This document shows positions 39,681 to 52,649 of a stretch of DNA of 64,000 nt, piece by piece. A program made the position numbers and the translations under genes. Source of the stretch: Sphyrna mokarran. Lineage: Eukaryota. The notes under the pieces were generated by a model. That model worked only from the letters and a program-made list of their open reading frames with translations. It ran no database searches and was not told the origin of the DNA. The stretch covers positions 109,182,001 to 109,246,000 of the forward strand of contig JAGIQG010000003.1 in NCBI GenBank assembly GCA_024679065.1, read 5' to 3'. How positions within the stretch are numbered: the stretch's first letter is position 1; every line of letters begins with the position of its first letter.

Positions 39681-41166
39681 TTCACTTAAGAGAGAAGTAA
39701 CAAAAGCAGCAATTTGCGGGAGGTTCATCTGACAAAGGTTGTGGATTTAAAAAGGAAATCCAGAGATACTCAAGGGAATTTCGGATTTTAAAATATATTC
39801 TTGACACTTAAGTTTAATTTATAGCCTTGAAGTATTGCCTGAATGGTTCAGAAGCCTTCCAGACGCTGTTCAGTGGGACTAGTACGATGAATGGTCTAAT
39901 ATTTAAATTATAGAGGTAATTGGGCTCAAAAAGCCTGGGCAAACTGAATTAAAAGCTGGCCACCATACAAGTAACAGCTGACAAACTGCAACAATATGCA
40001 TTCCAGATACCCAAGCAATTAAAAATACTATATTAACTTGGCTGCATTGAAAAGACATCACTGAAGGATAGTACAGATATTTACAGCTGCTAATAGCATA
40101 TGCTCTTTTGCATTTAGCAAACTAAAATAAAACAATCTATACCAGAAACATTATAATTATATCAGGCGACTGAAAGAACCAGAACGAGAGACTCAAAATA
40201 CAATGTCATACCGTTATCTATAGTTGTCTGATATCAGGCAAGCAACTGGCGAATGTGTAGAGTATATCGGTTTTACATCTACCAGATGATTTCATCCTGT
40301 TGCTTTGGTGATCCACTCATCCAAACGAGAAACCTGCTCGAGTGCTTCTGAACCTGAATAAATTATTATTTCCTCTGCTTTCAAACACAGGCATATAATT
40401 TAGAAACAAGATAAATATTGCATTGAAATGTAATTGTAAACTAAGATTTAGATTTGAGTATGCTGCTGGTACATAGGAATGGAGGACTTAGGGACAGGAG
40501 TAGGCCATTCTGTCCTTCGCACCTGCTCCACCATTCAGCAAGGTCATGGCTGATCTGGTTGGGCTCTCAACAACACTGCCATCTGCTCTCTCCCATCCAC
40601 CTCATCCCCAATAACCCTTGATTCCCCAGTCTATTAAAAATCTGCCTTGATTGAAATTAATGAGTCAGTCTCCTTTGTTCTCTGCATTATAAATTACATT
40701 GAAGAGAATTCCACATACTAACTAAAAACAAAATCTCCTAGTTATTCACTGGTCTCAGCACAATTCAGGTGAAGCACAGTGGTGCAGTTCCTAAGACAAG
40801 AGGATTATCCCCTTCCACTGCAAATTGCTGTCCAGCCCTAAGCAACATCCTGAACCCTGCCAGCATGTAGGCAACACAACTATTTGGACTTACCCTCTCA
40901 ACTGCAGAGAACTATGTCAATCCCTATGACCATATTGTCCCCCTCCTGTTCCATTCCTATTAACCTCTGTCCCCACTTGTCTACCCTGCAACTCTCCATT
41001 CATCCCCCATAAGCTGCAAGAATTTTAAATGCATCAGACAATTGCAAGGGCTGAGGTCCTTGCACATTTGCATTTTCTAAGCTCTTATCAATATCATTTG
41101 CAGTCACACCCTGATGTCCCTGACCACTGACCAAATCAGAAGACTCTAATCTAAGGGGTTTGACCC

Positions 41167-41935
41167 TTGCACTTTGGCAGGAATAATAAATGTGTAGAGT
41201 ATAGGGCTAATGGTAGGATTCTTAATAGTGTTGATGAACAGAGGGATCTTGGTGTATTTGTGCATATATCCCTGAAAGTAGGCAGTCAAGTCGATAAGGT
41301 TGTTAAGAAGGCATATGGAGTCTTAGCTTTTATTGGTAGGGGGATTGATTTTCGGAGCCGCAACGTCATGTTGCAACTGTACAAAACTCTAGTGCGGCCG
41401 CACTTGGAGTAATGTGTGCAGTTCTGGTCCCCACATTATAAGAAAGATGTGGAGGCATTGGAGAGGGTACAGAGGAGGTTTACCAGGATGTTGCCTGGTA
41501 TGGAGGGCAGGTCTTATGAGGAGATGCTGAGGGATTTGAGGTTGTTTTCGTTAGAAAGGAGGCGGCTAAGAGGGGACCTTATCGAAACAGATAAGATGAT
41601 TAGAGGTTTAGATAGGGTGGACAGTGATAGCCTTTTTCCTAGGATGGAGAAAGCTAGCACGAGGGGACACGGCTTTAAATTAAGGGGTGATAGTTATAGG
41701 ACGGATATCAGAGGTAGGTTCTTTACCCAAAGGGTGGTTAGGGAGTGGAATGCCCTGCCTGCAGCAGTTGTAGATGCGCCAAGTTTGGTAGCGTTTAAGA
41801 GGTTAGTTGATAAGTTTATGGAAGAGAAGGGAATGGTTTAGTTTGGAGGGTCATTGCTTTTTTCATAATTGGTCGGCGCAACATCGAAGGCCGAAGGGCC
41901 TGTTCTGCGCTGTAATGTTCTATGTTCTATGTTCT
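41167..41935 (+). mobile_element. Young 5'-truncated CR1-type LINE
   Basis: Nearly open RT C-terminus (LYKTLVRPHLE*CVQFWSPHYKKD...QRVVREWNALP), CpG-rich, (ttctatg)n tail. Confidence 0.9.
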
Positions 41936-42744
41936 TCCTGATGTATTGCAGTGTCTGCAGCTCCGCCTCCAGCTCAATTACACAGAGCCAAAGCTCCTCA
42001 AGCACTTACTACAGAAGTGTTTGCCCTGGATCACACTGGTATCCAGGAACTCTGACATTCTGCAGTTGCACTACATCACCTGTCCGACCACCTTCACTAT
42101 CATCATAGAATAATACAGTGCAGAATTAGGCCGTATGATCCATCCAGACTGCATCAACTCTCTAAAGGAGCATTTTATCCAGACCCTATCCCCATAACTC
42201 CAAGTATTAACCCTGCTAATTTCCCTAACTTACACATTTTGGGACACTGAGGACACTTAGATTGGCTAATCAACCTAATTTGCACATTTTAAAGCATTTT
42301 TCAGCTGTTAAAAGCATTGTGCTAGATACTTACAATTGTTATTGTACATGGATTCCCACTAACAATTCCTTGTGCTTGACAATTTCAATTAATTTGTACT
42401 GTATTTGTCCTGAATTCCCAAATCAAGAGTATTGTTGTACAATTCAAACTCAGTCACCAAATAACTGGAAATTTCCAATAATTGGTAGGGTGAGGGATTG
42501 CTATGCTGAGTTGCTACTGTAGGGTAAAACTGAAATGAATTAATTCAGTCATTAGTGAAATCATGGAATAATACTTTGCTTCAATTTCTAAATCTGAAAC
42601 AGGAACGTTGCATTCACACATACCAGTGTATCCAAAATTGTTTTTCCTACTTTTTCTGGTTTGCAGGTTATATTTTCATAATGGAAGATATAACCTACAA
42701 ATAATGTATCAAATTATTTGGAGGTTATATTACCAATATTTACC

Positions 42745-43543
42745 GACTTATGGACTTCAACGCAGATAAATGTGTAGTGGTCCATTTTGGCAGGAATAAT
42801 TGGATGAAGGAGTACAATATAAGGGGTAGGAGTCTTAGCTGTGTTGTAGAGCAGAAGGATCTTGGGGTCCGGGTCCACAGGGCTCTTAAATCGGCCTCGC
42901 AGGTGGAGGAAGTGGTCAAGAAGGCATACGGTGTACTGGCCTTCATTAATCGAGGAATAGAGTTCAGGAGTCAGGAGGTAATGATGCAGCTCTATAAGAC
43001 TCTTGTCAGACCCCAGTTGGAGTATTGTGCGCAGTTCTGGTCGCCTCATTATAGGAAGATGTAGAGGCTATTGAGAGGGTTCAGAGGAGATTTACAAGGA
43101 TGCTGCCTGGATTGGGAGGCAGGTCTTATGAAGATAGGTTGAGGGAGCTGGGACTCTTCTCACTGGAGAGACGTAGGTTGAGAGGTGACCTGATAGAGGT
43201 TTATAAAATGTTGAGAGGAATAGATAGGATGGACTCTCAGAGACTATTTCCCCGAGCGGAAATGGTCACTACGAGAGGACACAGATTTAAGGTGCAGGGA
43301 AGCAAATACAAAGGAGATGTTAGGGGTAGGTTTTTCACTCAGAGGGTGGTGAGTGAATGGAACTGACTGCCGTCGGAGGTTGTTGAGGCAAACTCACTGG
43401 GGTCTTTTAAGAGACTTCTGGATGAGTATATAGAAACGAATAGGATAGGGGGTTATAGATAGGTCTGTGGATTGGTAGATGTGATTGGCGCAACTCGTGG
43501 GCAGAAGGGCCTGTTTGTGCTGTATTGTTCTATGTTCTATGTT
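42745..43543 (+). mobile_element. Young 5'-truncated CR1-type LINE
   Basis: MDFNADKCVVVHFG...RPQLEYCAQFWSPHYRK; RRRLRGDLIEVYK; (ttctatg)n tail. Confidence 0.9.
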
Positions 43544-45784
43544 ACTTATACGTCAAAGGAATCAAGGCAATCCACAGAAGTGCAAGTTCCCTTTTTGCAT
43601 GAAAGAAAGACTTCATCCCTCAAATCCGAGCTGCATCTGCACACTAAGGTAGTGATAAGACAGTATAGAGAAAAAGGCAACCCAAAACTGGCAGCCTGCT
43701 GTAATCCAAGTGTGTTACAATATAGTGTTGGACTTGTTAACAGGACATCATAGAAATAATTATGTATAATCTATCACTGGTGTTCTAAATTAAAGAAATT
43801 TCTCTTTCATTATCTGATCATTTGAAATTGCTGTTAATTTCAGACTGGGTGTGTTGCAGCTTCTTTCATATATTTCCCCTTTATTTTGGTTTGCGCTTTT
43901 TTAATAAGTGCTTTTTACTGAGCACCCTCCTACAATGTGCGTATATCTATCAATCGATTATGCATTTGTCAGTATATTCTTCCACAAATTCATTGATGTA
44001 TCCAATTCTTCACCTCCTTCCCTGTTATCTATTGTTTTCCCCCAAGCCTCAATACTTCAAATTCTGACTTCAGGCAGCTTTTAAATTTTATCCACAAAAA
44101 AATTAATTTGAGTCTTCAAGTCTGATTAAGCATCTACACTTGCAATACCATGATGTGTCTTTTCTCTTGACAGAAAAATGTGAATTAATTCATTTAGTAT
44201 TATTTTATCAGTTTATAATTAATATATCCTCCCATAATTAATAAAACTTCCACTAAGCTCTACAACTGTTAGCAAATCTTATTAATAAAACCTTACAATT
44301 ATTAGCAAATAACCCAAGATTTGAAAGATCAATGAGCGAAATATTAGCCAACCAATCACTTACCTGTTTCCCTCAGTACATCAAAGTCCCCTTACACACC
44401 AAATTCCCAAGTTCACGTTCTGGCTAACTGCAGTCAGTGATGAACTGCTGTCTTTGTGCTTGCTGTAAGTGTAGTTTAATGCAGGTCTGTAGTTTGGTTA
44501 TTATTGAATAATTCAAATTTCAAATTCAAATTTAAGATTTTCTCCCTTTCTGTAATTTGTATATGTAAACATTGGCCTTGGAGAGGCTATGGAGGAGATT
44601 TGATAGAATAAAGCAAATGATGTAGGACTTCAGTTACACACAAAGACTCTCCAAGTTGGGATGAAAATGGAAAATGCTGCAAATACTCAGCAGCCCTGGC
44701 AGCATCCATGGAACAAAAAGAGATATAAATTTTAGGTCAATGACCCACAGAGATTTTCTTCTTATTTATTGGATGGCCTGTCACTAAAAGGCTGGTATTT
44801 ATTATCCATCTCTAGTTCCATAAATAGAAAACAACAACTGTTCAAAAATCTCAAATGAGTCACTTTATTGTAATAAAGTTATTACAATAACTTTATTCAA
44901 TATATTATGGCAGGGAAAGATAGTTGAGGGTGCAGGCAGGAATTTTTGCAATTTTCAGGTATAAAGAAATAGAGATTGGGTGTGTGCTGGTTGGTGGAAA
45001 TAAGTTAAAGTGTAGAAAAATAAAGTTATTTCAATAAATAGCCATAGAATCAATAGCCTCAAAAATAATTATTTCATAAAGTTTAAGATATCAGCTGAAG
45101 TTAACTAAAACCACAACTGAATGGCAAAACTGCATTGGGAAAAAATGATTAGGTGGCATCCCCACGGTAAAGCTTTATAAGTTACGTTGGTAGTCAAAAT
45201 AGCCAGATAGGGCCTTTGAAAGAATTAGCATGGTGGTCACGATTGGTGAGTAGGATATGTAAATATATATGTTTTGTGTTTGTTTTCACTACTGAAGTTC
45301 ATACAGTGCTAAATATAAATGCTATTGATATTGACTTTTTCACTGAAAATTTATAAATGGCCTTAGCTTGGTTTGAGGCATTGGAGGTTGACCAGGTTGG
45401 ACCTGATAACATTTTACTTCAAATGCTATAGAAAATCAGAGAGGTACTATTTGAGCTACTTAACTTTGTGATCTGGACTAGTTTGAATTGACTGGAGAGA
45501 GAGAGAGCAGAATGCATGAATGCTTGTCCACATATAACAAGACTCATTCAATAATAGAAACATTCAATAAGAGTGTAGGTCATACAGCCCTTAAGCTTGT
45601 CCAGCTATTATGGCTACTCTGTATCTTAGAGTATCTAAACTGCTCGGTTTTGCTCCCTATCCTATAAGTAAAGCTGTAATTTATGTTTTTTTTAAGATTT
45701 AAATTACATAATTAAACTTGCATAATGAATTTTAGCCATGCCAAAGACTAACAATCAAATGATCCATGGTTTAAGATAAAATAA

Positions 45785-45874
45785 ACTCACCTGATGAAAG
45801 GGCAGTGCTCCAAAAGCTTGTGCTACCAAATATATCTGCTGGACTTTAACCTGTTGTTTTGAGACTTCTCACTT
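45785..45874 (+). mobile_element. Solo PLE 3' end with decayed hammerhead
   Basis: cac-CTGATGA-aagggcagtgctcc-aAAAGCTT-gtg followed by ggactttaacctg..gagacttctcact. Confidence 0.7.
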
Positions 45875-46059
45875 AAAGTAAAATGCCAGCCAACACTAAT
45901 AGTTTTCATTTTTAAAAAATAGTTTTGACACTTAGGAACGCAAATAATAAGAAACAAGAAAAGAAAGTAATACAATATTGAGAAATGATATGACCAAAAC
46001 ATTTTCTTAGATCTCTCACATTTCAAAATTTCCCACTACACCACTGGTACATGAGAGCT

Positions 46060-46735
46060 CAAGAGTGAGGGCGAAGAATGAAGGTGAGAGTAAGAGAGAG
46101 TGTATACAAGAGTGGGGGGAAGTGTATGCAAAGGGTGGACGGAAAGGGAAGTGTGTAAGAGGTGAGCGGAGGGAGCTTGTGCGACAGGTGGAGATGAGGA
46201 GAGAGCATGTACTGAGAGGTGGGGGAAATATGTGGGGAGATTGGGAGAGTATGTGAGGAAGGGGATGTGCGTGCACTGTGAGGGATGGGGGTAGAGTGTG
46301 TACTGTGAAGGGTGGCAGGAAGCATGTGGGGGAGTGGGAGAGTATATGGGGAAGAGGGATGTGTGCTGCAAGGGGTGTAGGTGAGTATGTTCTGTGAAGA
46401 GTGGGAGAGCATTTACTGTGAGGGATGGCGAATGAGTGCGTGCTGTGAGGGGTGGGGAAAGTGTGTACTATGAGGGGTGGAGGGGGAGTATGTACTGAGG
46501 GGTGGAGGAGAGTATGTACTGTGAGGGGTGGGGGAAGAATGTGAACTGTGAGGGATGGGAGAAGAGTGTGTGTTGTGAGGGGTGGGGGAAGAGTATGTAT
46601 TGTGAGAGGTGGCAGGACAGTGTGTTTTGACGGTGAGGAGAGCATGTGGGGGATAGGGAGAGTATGTGGGGAAAAGGGATGTGTGCTATGAGAGGTGGGG
46701 GAGAATATGTACTGTGAGGAAGAGTGGGGTGAGCT
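46060..46735. repeat. Degenerate G/purine-rich ~27-bp minisatellite
   Basis: Recurring unit like gtactgtgaggggtgggggaagagtat. Confidence 0.8.
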
Positions 46736-46829
46736 TCGGCCTTTAGATCCCGGTGGTGAAGGAAAATGAAACTGAACTCATGCCCCATTAAGGGTAAATC
46801 CGCCTGTGGTCTGAATATGGATTTAAATT

Positions 46830-47240
46830 CATCACGCAGGGGGCGGAGCCTACAGCAGGGGGCGTGGCCTGGAACAGAGGGTGGGGGGGGCCGTCGTTTG
46901 GGTCGTGGGCGAGGCCCTGGATAAGGAGGCGGGGCCTGGCTGGGTCGGGGGCGTGGTTCTACCATGATCCCGCCCACTCCGATGACGGCAGGCACCGGTT
47001 CTATAAGGCGCGCCTCTATTGGATAGAAATGGAGGCGGACGGCGCGCCGTCAGTGCTGTAGCCGCTGATTGGGTAAGAACAGCAATAAGCGGCTCTCCTT
47101 GAAGGCTACCGAGAAAATGGCGGCGCTGAGGAATCTGCTTCGTGGCGGGAAGGTGGGAGGACAATCTCCGTATCTGAGGGATTCATGGTGTTGCTGCAGG
47201 GCGGTGCGGGCCGACGGTTTGTCCGCGCAGTAACTCCGAG
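46830..47240 (+). promoter_or_regulatory. CpG island / PDHB promoter
   Basis: Several GC boxes (ggggcggag 46840, ggggcgtgg twice), inverted CCAAT (attgg at 47018 and 47068), ctataagg at 47001, YY1-like aaaatggcggc overlapping the ATG. Confidence 0.8.
47117..47152 (+). CDS. PDHB: Pyruvate dehydrogenase E1 beta, exon 1 (mitochondrial transit peptide)
   Basis: aaaATGG Kozak context; MAALRNLLRGGK; gtggga donor. Confidence 0.9.
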
Positions 47241-47258
47241 TTGTTTTTGTTCCTACAG

Positions 47259-47318
47259 GTTGCCTTTGGCCTGTTGTCACGGAGACAGTTCCACGGATCA
47301 GCTCCTGCTGCTGTCCAG
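47259..47318 (+). CDS. PDHB: PDHB exon 2
   Basis: ctacag acceptor; VAFGLLSRRQFHGSAPAAVQ (presequence RRxFH motif); gtaaaa donor. Confidence 0.92.
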
Positions 47319-49032
47319 GTAAAACAGGGTCACCTTCGCTCATTGTAGTCCTGGGGATAGTGATTTCCCCCCCCCCCCCCCCCACCCCCACCCCCTGCTC
47401 ATCCAGCTCCTGATCAGAGCTTTAGTCACTAGTTCATAGACACTGCCGTCACTTTCAGAACTCTTGCCCGGTAAATTGGAGTTGAAAACAATGTGTTGTA
47501 GTTTCGTGGCTGCTCTTTTCCCCTGTGCACCCCAGTTCTGTCCTAATGGAAAAGTGGTATCATGTAATTGGAACAAGAACTCTCAGGGTTTTGTTACTCT
47601 TTAGTTTTATTAATTATAATGTAGGTCTCTACAAAAGCGACGACTGAAACGACATCAGCGCAAATCTGCATACATTGCCCAAGGACATCCTTTTGACAAG
47701 GAATCCGAAAGCATTTGTCCTCTGTAGGAATTGGTGTGGATAAGTTTCCCTGATTCCCATTTGAGGGCAACTTAAATAATTCCCCGTCTGAAGTAGCCTT
47801 GTGGTGAATGTGAGGCTAGTCCATTATTAAAAACTGCCAGTTGTAATGAAGCAGAAGTTGATCCCTTCTGAGAGCTAACATTTATCCACGCAGAGTGCCA
47901 TACCTCATCTGTTAAATGTGTGGTTAGTGGTGTGAACTGCTCTTCACCAACTTTGTGGTTAAATTAAAATAACTATCTGAGACTTTATGTAAATTCAAAA
48001 AGTAACTATTTATTTACAGTGAACAAGTTAACTAAGCTATTAACAAACCAAATAAAACAGTATTCTAATGAAATGCTGTTTGGATAAATACAATTCCCAC
48101 TTAACAAAAAAAATCAATTTTTAGTCACTCTAAATTGTAACTAGTTTGTCATCTTTCAGAGCTTTCTTTCTTCTGTCTTTAACTATCTTCACTATTGAAG
48201 CATTCTTTTAAGACATAAATGCAGCTATGCTGCTCTCTCTCCCAGAGCTGAATTAAACTGTCATGTGACAGGTGCTTTCCAATTTGCCTCACTGTCCCCT
48301 GTGTCTTTTATGCCTGATGACATCTCAATATTTCCTGCATTAGAATTGGTTCTTGGGTTACCAAAACATCAATTTCAAATCTGGTAGGTTGTTGGTATCT
48401 CAGTGCCTAATTTAAACTGGCTAAAATTCAAAACAGTCTGTTGTCTTGGCAACATGACTTTAGCTTTTGATACAACATTTTACTTTGGGCTCTGTAAGAA
48501 GAAAACCCCACTTGTTAACAGACAATTTTGTAACAATTATTACAATTTTTTTAAGGAAATTTGTGGGCAGGAATTCAGAAATGCAAAGGTTAATGGCAGT
48601 GTCTAGAAATGTGAATCTTTCTGTGCTATTTCTAGCTTGGTGAGATGGCCGTTTATCCAATGCTGCTGAACTGTATTTCAGTTTCCAAAGTTTCACGAAG
48701 CCGTTGTATTTTTCTTGAAGCTGACTTTCTACGTACTCCCCATAAAATACATGATTATTGGGGAATGGATAGAAGATATTTGAAATGGACGTGGAAGCTA
48801 GCTGAAAAGCATAATGATTCATTTTGAGTATTTGATGCAAAATTTGAACAAATGAGATGTATGAAGGAATGTATTTCCTAATCATTGACATAAGATAGAT
48901 AAACAGCAGCTCTCTTTTCTGATTTTTGTGTTACTATGTTTTTTAGAATGGGTGCTCCATCTGTTGGTGATAAACATGTTCAAAATTCTAGCCTGTATAG
49001 CTAGAAAGAATAATTGATTTCGTGTATTCTAG

Positions 49033-49140
49033 CTAACCTATCGAGATGCTCTGACCCAGGCCATGGACGAGGAGATTGAAAGAGATGAAACTGTATTTCT
49101 GCTGGGAGAAGAAGTAGCACAATATGATGGTGCGTACAAG
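49033..49140 (+). CDS. PDHB: PDHB exon 3
   Basis: [36 protein letters not shown]; ag/gtgagt. Confidence 0.96.
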
Positions 49141-49149
49141 GTGAGTCAC

Positions 49150-49930
49150 AAAGCACAAGACGTAGGAGCACAAGTAGGCCATTGTGTCTGCTCTGCCATT
49201 CAATTAAATCATGACTGATCTGGTATGACAATTCTCAATTCCACTCTCCCACTTTAACCCCATAATCCTTGATTTTCTGACTGATTAACAATCTATCTAT
49301 TTCAGCCCCCAACATACTGATTTGATCCAGCCTCTACAGCCCTCTGCAATAAAGAATTCCACAAATTCAGTACCTTCTCAAAGAAACCCCTCTCTTTAAA
49401 TGGGTGACTCCTTAGTCTAATGTTATGGCCTCTGGTCCTTGATTCTCTTTGAGAGAATCAATCTCAGCATCTGCCCAGTCGAACCCCATATATCTCAATA
49501 AGATTACCTCTTATTCTTCTCAACTCCAAAAAGTGTAGATAACCAAGGGTAAACAAGAAAATTCCTCCATATCTGGGAGCAAGCTAGTGAGCCTTATCTG
49601 GACTGCTTCCAACACCATTATGTCTTGGATAAGTTCCTAAATACTGTTCACAGTATCTCTGGTGTGGTCTAATTAGTGTCTTGTATAGTTTGAACAAGAC
49701 TTCCCATTTTCATTCTCCATCATCTTTGAAATGAAGGTCTTCACAAAGACTCCCAAATTCCTCTGTGCTGCAGCCTTTTGCAATCTTTCTTCATTTAAAT
49801 AAAAATCAGTTCCTTTATTCTTACTATCAAAGGTGCATATTTTCCTACTCTTTGCGTATTTTTGTCCACTCAGTTAAGTTGTCTATACCTTTCTGTAGAT
49901 TCTTTGAGTCATCTTTGCCATTTACCCTAG
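49150..49930 (-). mobile_element. CR1-type LINE 3' remnant in PDHB intron 3
   Basis: Begins with CR1 tail (taggagcacaagtaggccatt..gccattcaat); reverse similarity to 21905-22575. Confidence 0.65.
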
Positions 49931-50002
49931 CTGATGATTTGTAACTCTTTAAAGTTTTAGTATTGAAATTAATTGTATATATTCATGGTTTTATTTTTGT
50001 AG

Positions 50003-50065
50003 GTGAGCCGTGGATTGTGGAAGAAATGGGGAGACAAGAGAATCATAGATACTCCAATTTCAGAG
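50003..50065 (+). CDS. PDHB: PDHB exon 4
   Basis: [21 protein letters not shown]; ag/gtgcgt. Confidence 0.96.
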
Positions 50066-50146
50066 GTGCGTTTCATTAAGAAGCTTCTGCATGTCTAATT
50101 TGTGTTTAATAACTTAATATTAAAATTTTTTCACGTTATTTTTCAG

Positions 50147-50182
50147 ATGGGATTTGCAGGAATTGCAGTTGGTGCTGCTATG
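50147..50182 (+). CDS. PDHB: PDHB exon 5
   Basis: MGFAGIAVGAAM; follows an 81-bp intron; ag/gtacgt. Confidence 0.96.
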
Positions 50183-50523
50183 GTACGTACTTTGGATTAT
50201 TTTGCATAACTTGCTGTGTCAAGTGCGTGGAACTTTGAATATTCTTCTGAAGTGGACTTGCATGTTTACCATTAAAATTGTCATACATACATTCATTCTC
50301 ATAGCAGGAAAGCTAATAAAGCTTCATTGCGACAAATATTAATTACTCATGAATGAAATAGTTCTGTCGATTTTAGTATAGAAACATTACCAAGCGTGTT
50401 GGAGTATAAGAATAGAAATTCGAAACATTGCATGCTATTTAGTTGCCAAAACTAGTGTCTGTAAACATGTTTGTGTTGCAATGTCTTTGGGAAAATAAGG
50501 TCAGATTCTTACTAACTTTTCAG

Positions 50524-50809
50524 GCTGGCTTGAGGCCCATCTGTGAATTTATGACTTTCAATTTCTCACTGCAAGCCATTGATCAAGTTATAAATTCTGC
50601 TGCTAAGACGTACTACATGTCAGCAGGTGCAGTTTCTGTTCCTGTTGTCTTCAGAGGTCCAAATGGTTGTTCAGCTGGAGTAGCAGCTCAGCATTCCCAG
50701 TGCTTTGCAGCATGGTATAGCCACTGCCCTGGGCTAAAAGTAATTAGTCCTTGGAGTGCTGAAGATGCTAAAGGGTTGCTGAAATCTGCCATCCGAGATG
50801 ATAACCCTG
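50524..50809 (+). CDS. PDHB: PDHB exon 6
   Basis: [33 protein letters not shown]...[13 protein letters not shown]...IRDDNP; ag/gtaagt. Confidence 0.97.
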
Positions 50810-51560
50810 GTAAGTTTTTTTTTCTTTTTTAAAATAGATAACATTTAAAACATTGTAATTTCAAGAAGAAACTTGATGTAGAGCTCTTGGGGCTAAAGAG
50901 ATCAATATGGGAGGAATGCAACATCAAGATATTGAATTTGATGATGATTAAAATGAATGACAGAGCAAACTTGAAGGCTGAATGGCCTGATCCTGCATCT
51001 GTTTTCTATATTTCAGATATATTTTGTTGGCATGGATTAAAATACCTGCAATTGCCATTCATTTGATAAATATATGCTTCTAATAAGGCACTTATTTAAA
51101 CTGATTTTATTACCTTTTTTATTTTGTTATTAATGGAAATATTAGATGCAAACACTTTGAATGTTAAAAGTGAAATTAAAAATGGGGATAGAAACTTTTA
51201 GCTGATCTCCTCCACTAACTGACCTGTCAGGCCGCTGCAAATTTGTTACACTCGGAATGTTGATTAGTCCAAGGCTGCACATTTTCAGATCAATACTGAC
51301 TTAGTTCCACAATGACCACTGTTTTGTATTAATTCATTTTTCTTTTTTACTCCATGGAAGCCTGCAAGTAGTTAATGAATATGTTTAATTTTCTTTTTAG
51401 CCAAGAGCTTTCTAATTTGATTTCTCAACACCTCCTCCCACTTTGGAATTTGATTGAAAATGGTTTTTAACCTGTAAACATATTGCAAGTCAGTTTAAGG
51501 CACGCCATTTTCTTTGTATGTTTAAAGAAACTCAACTCATAATATCCATTACTTCTGCAG

Positions 51561-51671
51561 TTGTTTTTATGGAAAATGAACTGATGTATGGCGTGCCTTT
51601 TGAAGTCTCTGAGGAAGTCCAGTCAAAGGACTTTGTTATTCCAATAGGAAAAGCCAAAGTAGAAAAAGAAG
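51561..51671 (+). CDS. PDHB: PDHB exon 7
   Basis: [38 protein letters not shown]; ag/gtaaga. Confidence 0.96.
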
Positions 51672-51726
51672 GTAAGAAATTACAAAAAGCTGCAGTTTGA
51701 ATGTTAAAATAAATATAAACATTTTT

Positions 51727-52435
51727 GGGAGTGATTTTCCCCCCCCCCCCCCGTCACCACCACGTGCTGAATTGTTGGGAAAACTGGTCTAGATCACAAC
51801 ATTTTATTTTTCAGTGCAGCTTCAGACCTCAGACTCCCTACCCTGTGCAATGCAAAGATCACAATCATGAATCTCATTTTTAAAAATCTGGAGCGGGGGG
51901 TTGGGTGTGGCAGTGCCTATTCACGCCGGAGTCTGATCGCTCTGGAACTCTGTGCATGCACAGTGGTCCCAATCTGTCAGTCTCCCTGTTTGCTGGCCAG
52001 CTGGGTTTTTTCTCCCCAGAGCACTTCAGTGTCCAGCATGTAGGCTGTCAGGCCTGTCCTGCACTGTCAGAATGCCCAGGTGGCACCACCTGACTTCCTG
52101 GGGTATCCTGTTTGCACCCCCCATCATTCCAGTAGAATCTCCTAGTTCCTGAATGTGGGGAGCTACTCTAAACATCGGCAGAATGAAGTATAGTACTGGC
52201 AAGATGAGAAATGCTACTGCATATGTGAATAATCACATTTTAAACTACATTTAAAATGTGTTTAAAAACAGATTTAAATTTGTTTTGAGCGCAGTCTCAA
52301 CTGTGCCTGTTCCCCAGCTCTGGGAGACGTGTACATCAGGAACATGTGCACAAATCCCACCAAATGGCTGACATGTAAGTCTCCTGACCTGGATTTGCCA
52401 GAAAATTTGTAGGTCGCAATGGAAGAATCACTCCT
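51727..52435. mobile_element. Probable non-autonomous DNA transposon (MITE)
   Basis: GC-richer block bounded by imperfect inverted termini ggagtgattttcc / ggaagaatcactcc; no clear TSD. Confidence 0.45.
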
Positions 52436-52649
52436 TTCATTCTAAATCATTTCAATAACTTTGTATTTCAGCAATTGAAAGTTTTCTTTTCCTGCAAGAT
52501 AATCCTGCTCTTTCCTTCAGTGTTTAGACTCTTGATACTCATTCAAAATGCTTTTGGCTTAATATTTTTCTCTCTCTTTTCAAAATAATTTCCTAACCAT
52601 GCTATCAGTCATCTGTGACAAATATCTACTGCATTGTTCATCTTAATGT

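Noticed and set aside
39090-39732. 185-aa and 102-aa plus-strand ORFs
   Set aside because: Antisense read-through of the GC-rich KCTD6 CpG island, with non-ATG starts
45785-45830. Active hammerhead here and at 59609-59640 and 58020-58054
   Set aside because: Core GAAA and/or CTGANGA nucleotides are mutated, so these are probably inactive
46016-46645. 209-aa Pro/His/Thr/Leu-rich minus-strand ORF and overlapping ORFs
   Set aside because: Translation of the G-rich minisatellite, which lacks stops by composition; no domain or splice support
46468-47391. Minus-strand ORFs over the PDHB promoter
   Set aside because: CpG-island artefacts antisense to PDHB exons 1-2
47909-48477. TG...CA-bounded block resembling a solo LTR (similar impression at about 8250-8980 and 44150-44400)
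   Set aside because: No matching TSD, PBS/PPT or second copy visible; cannot be supported without a library search
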